Source of the DNA: Phoronis australis
Taxonomy: Eukaryota; Animalia; Phoronida
NCBI GenBank assembly: GCA_002633005.1
Contig: NMRA01000814.1
Location: 35,846-99,845, forward strand
Direction: 5' to 3'
DNA: 64,000 nt
Numbering within the stretch: position 1 is the first letter of the stretch; each line of letters begins with the position of its first letter. Under the pieces are notes generated by a model. It searched no databases and was not told the origin of the DNA. It worked only from the letters and a program-made list of their open reading frames with translations. This document shows, piece after piece, positions 58,947-64,000 of this stretch. A program made the translations under genes and the position numbers.

Positions 58947-61047
58947 AGCATACAGCATATGCTGCCTCACATTTGTCAATTTGCTTTTGACTCGTGTGGT
59001 GAGACGTGTTATCATGTGCTGCAGTGCATTTAATGCCACAAAACATTTTGGGGGAAATGTAGTAATAGCTGCACAGTGTGGGAACAGGAAGCTTAGTGTC
59101 TGTTTCACAGTTAACTGCCATAATGTTACTTTTGACAGGCTAGTATGGTGACAATCACTGTCTGTTAAGATTTTGTAGGATCTTATCAAACTTGACCTTA
59201 TCAACTTGTCGGTCTACTTAGCCAAATTTCTGTAAAACTACAAGATTTCGACTCTAGTCATTAAAAGTACATTTCTAAAAGTAGAAAGCCTGTGGATTTT
59301 GATTTTTGACCGTGATACAATCATTCTGCTATTAATTGGATCAAGTGGTTATATCGTTTTAGTAAATTTAATCAAAAAGGTGCATGCATAGCACAACAAT
59401 GATCAAATGTCATTCAATGGAAATGTTCAAGATAATATCCCTGGTACAGTCTCTTAAGTTATTACTTATCATTTTATGCATCTGTTATTGTAAGCGTACA
59501 AATCATGAAAGGCCTATTTTTGATAGCCCTTCATGCAAAAGGAAAAACTTTTAAAAGAAATTTTTTTTTGAAGAACAGTTCATACTAAAGCATGATGTGT
59601 GAAAGTGTCACGTGACTCCAGTCAGCAATGTGATCACTTTGTGTTCTCAAGTTTAAAAAGTCTGGCCATTTTTGAGAGTCCTACATAACCTTAAAGCTGT
59701 GTTGGTTTGGTTGTATGACTATTTTCATGATGCATCACAAAAACTCCAAGCTTAAAATGAGGCATGATCACACTTCCTGTTTTCTTTATGTTCGCACTGG
59801 AGCACGTTGATGCTTATTCTGGCCTAATAAAGGGCTTCATTCTTATTTTACCGTGCTCTGTAGTCTCTATTTTGACCTACCAAAGCAACGCGCAATACAA
59901 GTTTCAGTAACTAATTTGCATGGAAAATTATTAGTGAGTCACAGCCTGTTGAATGTTGGTTGCTATGGAGATGCGTATTATCAAGTCATACGTGTGGTTT
60001 CAATAGTACTAAGCATCTGTTGGGTCATCTTAATTTTGTGAGTTTTCTAGAGGAATCTTTTAGTAATGATTTGACGACCACCATCAAATGTGTATGAGAC
60101 ATGCGGCACAATCCCCTGAAGTGTTAACTAACTGGTGTCAAAGTTCAAATTATTGGACCTGCTTCCAGGCAAACATTCATGACATATATTAAATGTAGTT
60201 ATTCTGAAAACTGCAAAAGACATCTAACACAGTGGGTCCCTGTTTAATTCAAGCACTCTGTGTTGGATTTAAATTACCATATTGCCAATGGCCTGAGGCA
60301 GAAAATAGTGTCTGACTGGTGTGTGCTGAAGGAATCAGCTAACCTGTGGAGATGATGTGCTTGTTTGCATCAGCAATTTAGGAAAGCATGTTAAAACATG
60401 CTTCTGTTTACATGTATACTTATGACTAGGCAGGTTACATTGCGTTGTTCAACCTTCATTGTCTAAGGCATCTTTATGGATAGGCTCAAGTACCTTAGCA
60501 AGTTTTGGCACCTTGCCAAGATGTTGGTTTGTACCTGCCGAAAATACATATTGGTCTTTGACATGTGTTGTCTATAAGATATTTATATGTAGTGTATCAG
60601 TGTCCAAAACTATGTATTTTTACGCCTTGTGTTGTATTTGTCTATGCAAATTATACCAACTTTTAAACTTGTTTTGTTTTATTTCTGGTCTGGCCAGCTT
60701 TCACTTGAATTGTTGTGAAATATTGCAACAGCATATTCAAGTTACTATTTGACAATCAGGCTAAAACGTCTTTACTTACAACTGTAGCTCTTTTAATTCT
60801 TTAAGCACTGGCGATTCTGGTAGAAACTTACACAGGTTTTGACATACAAGAGGGATGCTTCCGTTATGAGCAATTTCAAAATTTTAGACTTAGTCAGTGT
60901 TAAACTGTTCTCATTTGTTTTTAAAAGTACGAAAATGGGCCCTAAAATTTACTAACTTAGCTTCTCATTGCAACTGTTTGGAACTCCAAAATTTACGGTG
61001 CTTCATTTTTAGGTTGCATTTGTCTGACCATAACCTTTGGTTGCATG

Positions 61048-62072
61048 CATAGGCGGATTTAGGGGCCCGGCCCTCCCTGCCTCCCCCCCCCCCCCCCCCC
61101 CCNNNNNNNNNNNNNNNNNNNNNNNNNNNNNNNNNNNNNNNNNNNNNNNNNNNNNNNNNNNNNNNNNNNNNNNNNNNNNNNNNNNNNNNNNNNNNNNNNN
61201 NNNNNNNNNNNNNNNNNNNNNNNNNNNNNNNNNNNNNNNNNNNNNNNNNNNNNNNNNNNNNNNNNNNNNNNNNNNNNNNNAATTCGGAACACGGCGCATT
61301 CGTAAGGGAACTATGGCTAAGTATAGGCTATCCCGCGATATCCCAGGCGACGGCAGTGGCGCTGCGCACTACGACTCCGTTTCCGTCGTCTACTCCACTG
61401 TGCAATGAAGAAAATTTACTTCATTTTTTAAAGAAAATGGAACCTGAGTGACGATGAAAAAACAGAAGCTGCTGGTAAGATGTGAATTTTAATCGAAGCC
61501 TTGGTAAGTCACTCAGAAACTCATAATTCTCTCTTTGTCAAACCTTATCTTACGACGATTTCCAAAGCAATCCCGTCATTACAACACGAAAAACGGATTT
61601 GGTCTTTTGGGCATTTGAAGACTATTTTAAATACAACAAATTTGTTAAGAACCGATTGCACAAAATACAAAACGTGTAATAAGCACTACAAAAAGAAGTA
61701 GGCCTAGGTTTGGCGCGCAAACGCTGTGGACCATAAACATGCAAGTAGGTCTCTTAGAATTAGATTGGTAGTTAATCATGGTGGTGTAGTGGTGAAGCAC
61801 GCGCGCTCTATGCGCCAGGTCGTGAGTTAGAGTCTGGGTACTTGTAATTTTTCCTGTTTGACACGTTCTCCGTGTTGGTTTTATTTTTGCCTTTTTTCTT
61901 GTATAATACATCAGGAGTCAAGGAAAATGCTTAATTTTTAGAGGCAAACCCCCCTCCCGACCTCCCCCCATTCCGTGGTGTACGCATCTACAATCGTGGT
62001 TAGCGCAAATGCTTAGGCCTACAGCCGGACAAAATGTTGTCCCCCTCTTATGATATACTAGATCCGCCACGG
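61048..62072. mobile_element. Probable hAT5-like TIR element with 5-bp TSD (spans a gap)
   Basis: gcatg|cataggcggattt ... agatccgccacgg|gcatg; termini resemble the 7671-7979 MITE. Confidence 0.55.
61103..61280. other. Assembly gap (N run) after a poly-C tract
   Basis: Ns. Confidence 1.
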
Positions 62073-62344
62073 GCATGGGCTGTTAAAGAAAAAAATAGGC
62101 CTAATTCCACCTTTGGCCATCAAAAATAAATTTAGACTTTTTAAATTCAAAAAATTCTCCATGAATTGGCCCTTACGTAAGCAATTATTTCCAAGCTACG
62201 CAAGAAACGACGCCGGTTGGTGTTCACAAACGTGCTCTTTTGCATAATACGACGCCACGTCCTACGAACCCCATCTCTACCAATAGTAATATTACACGAC
62301 ACGCCATCTTACCAGCACCATCTCCTAGCAAAACTCAAACGTTA

Positions 62345-63220
62345 CCCGCCGTGCAGCGCGTGCCCTGGCGCGTACGCCACAACGTAGGCGTGACGGGCCG
62401 AGCTGGCCGCAGCCAACGCGGTGCCCTAGCTGTCTCGTAAGCCACAACGTAGACGTGACGGGTCGAGCGCAGCTGGCTGTGAGCGCGTGGCTTATCCCGT
62501 GCCACAACGTAGGCGTGACGGGTCGAGCTGCCGCAGGCAGCACCTCAGTCCCGCACGTAAGCTACAACGTCGGTAGGCGTGACGGGCCGCGCGAGCTGCT
62601 GCAGGAGCGCATGATGCCCTGTCGCGTAAGCTACCGTAGAAGTGACGGGCATAAGCCATAAGTAGGCCTAAGTCAGGCGTGACATGCCAAGCTGCCTCCT
62701 ATATAGGCAGCGCGTACTCTGTCACGTAAGCTACACAGGTAAAACTGATGGGCCAGACGCAGATCGAGCTACGACTGCCCCCGTCCCGGCCTAGGTGCCG
62801 TAGGCGGGACGGGCCTGGCTGCCGGAGGCAGCTAGCGTGAGCACCGTTCCGGCCGGCTTAGGTGCCGTTGGCGGGACGGTGGGCCTGGCTGCTCTGGCCA
62901 GATCGAGCCCCGTCCCCTATGTGCCGTCGGCGGAACGGGCCCGGATGCCGGAGGCAGCGTGAGCCCCGCCTTCTCCTAGCTGTCAGTACCGTAGGCAGAA
63001 CGGATCCGGCCGGCTGTCCGGAGCTGCGCTGCGCGTGCCCTAGTCCCGTAACCTGCGCAGAGCTGAGTACTGACGGAGGCTGGACGGCCGGCCAAGCTGC
63101 CGGAGGCGGCGCGTGGCCTAGTCCCGTAACCAGCAGAGCCGAGTAGGCGACTAGACGCGCCAAAGATGCCCGAGGCGCCACGTGCCCTAGTCCCGTAACC
63201 TGCAGAGCCGAGTAGGCGGG
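62345..63220. repeat. GC/CpG-rich degenerate tandem array, ~55-65-bp unit
   Basis: Recurring acaacgtaggcgtgacgggccgagctg and gcgtgccctagtcccgtaacc. Confidence 0.8.
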
Positions 63221-64000
63221 AGAAAGTACTTTTAAATAAAGGACTACTTTCTTAGGATAAAATTGCTAAAATGTATGTAAGTGTTGTTTTCCACAATCTA
63301 TGACTAATCATACCGCTAGGCTTTGAAGGCGACAATGGTATTTTCCAAAATGGCAGTACTGGAGCTTAATATTGCGCTTGTTGTTTCGGGGACACTTTAA
63401 AATTCTCACAATATTATGAATGAGCCTTCATTGACGGGCTCTATATCAATCGAAAATTGTAGGGTTTAAATCAGAAATGTTTGTCGGATTTTTCACGGGC
63501 GTACGACATTACTGGCAAGTTCATACGTTTTAAATCTGTCCAATTTCATCACATGGCGATGAGTTAGACTTGTACTTAGACAGAACTGTCACTAAATAGT
63601 ACGAGACAATTGTAGTTCAATCGACAACTTCGTTTCCGTTTCGTTAACTACAATTTCGAGGGTACCCGAAATTGTTGTCACTTGCGTTCTCAAAATTAAA
63701 CAGTGTTCGTGATTCCCAGGAACTGTAACTTGTAAGCATTAGCTTAAACATTGGAAAATTGCGTAGACAAGATTCTGTTTTAACACAAATGAACAATTCG
63801 GAGTGGGCTTAAATCTGTACTGGAATCGGACAGATTCTCAAATACCATCAAGATAATCTGGTGTGATAGCGTTTAGTTTAAAAGTAGCTCCCTGTCTGGT
63901 GCAAAGGTCATCATTATAGCTATGTACACTCCGAAGCCCTATAGTCGTCCGCCTAAGCATAAAACCGGCTTGTTGTCTTACTCACCCAATTATTCCACTT

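Noticed and set aside
48002-59033. Repetitive peptide ORFs (e.g. CRGSCEVLLALV, MTDSNT, WYTLYQMF)
   Set aside because: Read-through of minisatellites, not coding sequence.
59826-59831. AATAAA as the LRSAM1 polyadenylation signal
   Set aside because: Plausible, but cannot be distinguished from chance in AT-rich DNA without transcript data.
62240-63181. GC-rich ORFs as a second gene or bacterial contamination
   Set aside because: Degenerate tandem repeat with no recognisable domain or splice structure, contiguous with AT-rich host-like DNA.

Overview
This is animal (invertebrate-like, AT-rich, intron-rich) genomic DNA with two assembly gaps; it is not prokaryotic, and most ORF-track entries are spurious. 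The only host gene I can support is a complete 19-coding-exon LRSAM1 orthologue on the + strand (22734/22815-57953). I assembled it by hand: all introns are GT-AG, phases are consistent, and it gives 743 aa (770 aa from an upstream in-frame ATG that adds an MGSCFS acylation-type N-terminus) with LRR, coiled-coil, SAM, PTAP and C3HC4 RING regions. The rest is mobile and repetitive DNA: a decayed jockey/I-type LINE carrying hAT-type insertions; a four-level nested stack (MITE > Academ-like element > 12-bp-TSD insert > Kolobok/THAP element); a second Kolobok copy; an 8.5-kb foldback-like element built from palindrome-punctuated ~175/365-bp modules in intron 4; a Penelope-like GIY-YIG fragment with an inverted terminal copy; tRNA-derived SINEs; and about 25 unrelated minisatellites, several starting at or across LRSAM1 splice donors. 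I cannot demonstrate a wholly new system from sequence alone. The best candidates for follow-up are the foldback element, the splice-donor amplifications and the acylated LRSAM1 isoform. Family assignments come from recalled motifs, not database searches.
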